Origin: an uncultured Gordonia sp.
GTDB lineage: Bacteria; Actinomycetota; Actinomycetes; Mycobacteriales; Mycobacteriaceae
Length of the DNA stretch: 60,844 nucleotides
Assembly: GCA_964513715.1 (NCBI GenBank)
Contig: CAZEOP010000001.1
Location: forward strand, 1 to 60,844
Direction: 5' to 3'
The position numbers and the translations under genes were made by a program. Below, one piece after another: positions 60,169-60,844 of the stretch (the stretch's first letter is position 1; each line of letters begins with the position of its first letter). The notes below the pieces were generated by a model. The model worked only from the letters and a program-made list of their open reading frames with translations. It had not been told where the DNA came from and searched no databases.

Positions 60169-60654
60169 ATGGTCGACGGAGATGAACGGGCGCTGAGTAT
60201 CGAACGGCTGACGGTCGATGATGCTGGAGAGGTTCTGACTCTGCAGCGTGCCGCCTACGTCAGTGAGGCGATCCTCCACGACGACCTCTCGCTGCCGCCG
60301 CTTGTGCAGACGCTGGAACAGCTCGTAGCGGAGCTGGCCGATGCAGTGGTCGTGGGGCTGGGAATCCGGCGGCAGGGCCGGCTCGTAGCGGCCGTTCGAT
60401 TGCGCGCCTGTGGAAGCGTCGCTGAGTTGGGACGGTTGACCGTCGCCCCAGACCTGCAAGGCCGCGGATTGGGGACCACGCTCTTGTCTGCCGTGGACGA
60501 CTACCTTCCCGCGGAGGTGGACCGAGTCGAACTCTTCACCGGCGAGCACAGCATCGGGAACATCCGCCTGTACTCGCGGATGGGTTACTCGGAAGTGCGC
60601 CGCCAGAACCTCGGTGCGTACGACTTGGTGTTCATGTCGCGCCAGCGGAAGTGA
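60169..60654 (+). CDS. GNAT family N-acetyltransferase
   Basis: LQRAAYVSEA, LGRLTVAPDLQGRGLGT, LFTGEHS..NIRLY..GY. Confidence 0.9.
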   Translation: MVDGDERALSIERLTVDDAGEVLTLQRAAYVSEAILHDDLSLPPLVQTLEQLVAELADAVVVGLGIRRQGRLVAAVRLRACGSVAELGRLTVAPDLQGRGLGTTLLSAVDDYLPAEVDRVELFTGEHSIGNIRLYSRMGYSEVRRQNLGAYDLVFMSRQRK

Positions 60655-60699
60655 CGTGCATTCGTTGCGGAGGTCGGTCGAGGTCCGATCCAGCCGCCG

Positions 60700-60834
60700 T
60701 TGGTCACCGTCGACGACTGTTCCGCGGCACGCGACTATCCAGACGGCGCTCCCTAGGTTATGGCTGACCCCGAGGGCAACGACTCCTGTCTAGATGTACC
60801 CGGCCAGGACGTTGGTAGCGGCGAGCCGGCTTGA
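60700..60834 (+). pseudogene. Remnant of a VOC/glyoxalase-family gene
   Basis: DGAP*VMADPEGNDSCL resembles the VOC C-terminal ADPEGNEFC motif, with an in-frame TAG at 60754. Confidence 0.55.
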
Positions 60835-60844
60835 ACTGAAGAGA

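Noticed and set aside
60004-60549. 181-aa minus-strand ORF
   Set aside because: Antisense shadow of the GNAT gene and of ychF-end copy 3 (TLNRNSTT is the reverse reading of VVEFRFNV)
58469-60700. CRISPR array or classical integron attC sites
   Set aside because: The repeats are direct copies of a coding 3' end separated by whole genes; no attC R/L-box hairpins or intI are visible

Overview
High-GC actinobacterial chromosomal segment (Mycobacteriales, Gordonia-like; taxonomy inferred from gene order and the tmRNA tag ADSNQRDYALAA). The core backbone is hisN // prfB-mscS-ftsEX-smpB-ssrA ... pgm-dsbA ... tRNA-Ala(GGC) ... lsr2, trhO, amidase ... rmuC, ogt, ada-alkA, ychF. Accessory blocks are: (i) a yah/all-like carbamate kinase + DUF2877 + FdrA + DUF1116 + DUF1097 cluster with a GntR regulator and two palindromic operators; (ii) a Zn-ribbon/PLD-nuclease fusion with a PafBC-type promoter, next to a WYL regulator/DinB pair below tRNA-Ala; (iii) a cobalamin-riboswitch ABC operon with a chelatase-like/2Fe-2S fusion, followed by a HAD + HerA-like ATPase pair. 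The most striking feature is at the right end. There, single low-GC genes (HEPN-motif protein, membrane-anchored protein, GNAT, VOC remnant) are each separated by a copy of the ychF 3' end (DVVEFR[FNV*]); the two clear copies differ only synonymously. This looks like an integron-like cassette array accreting at the ychF terminus, with no recombinase in the window. All calls come from reading the sequence; no database searches were run.
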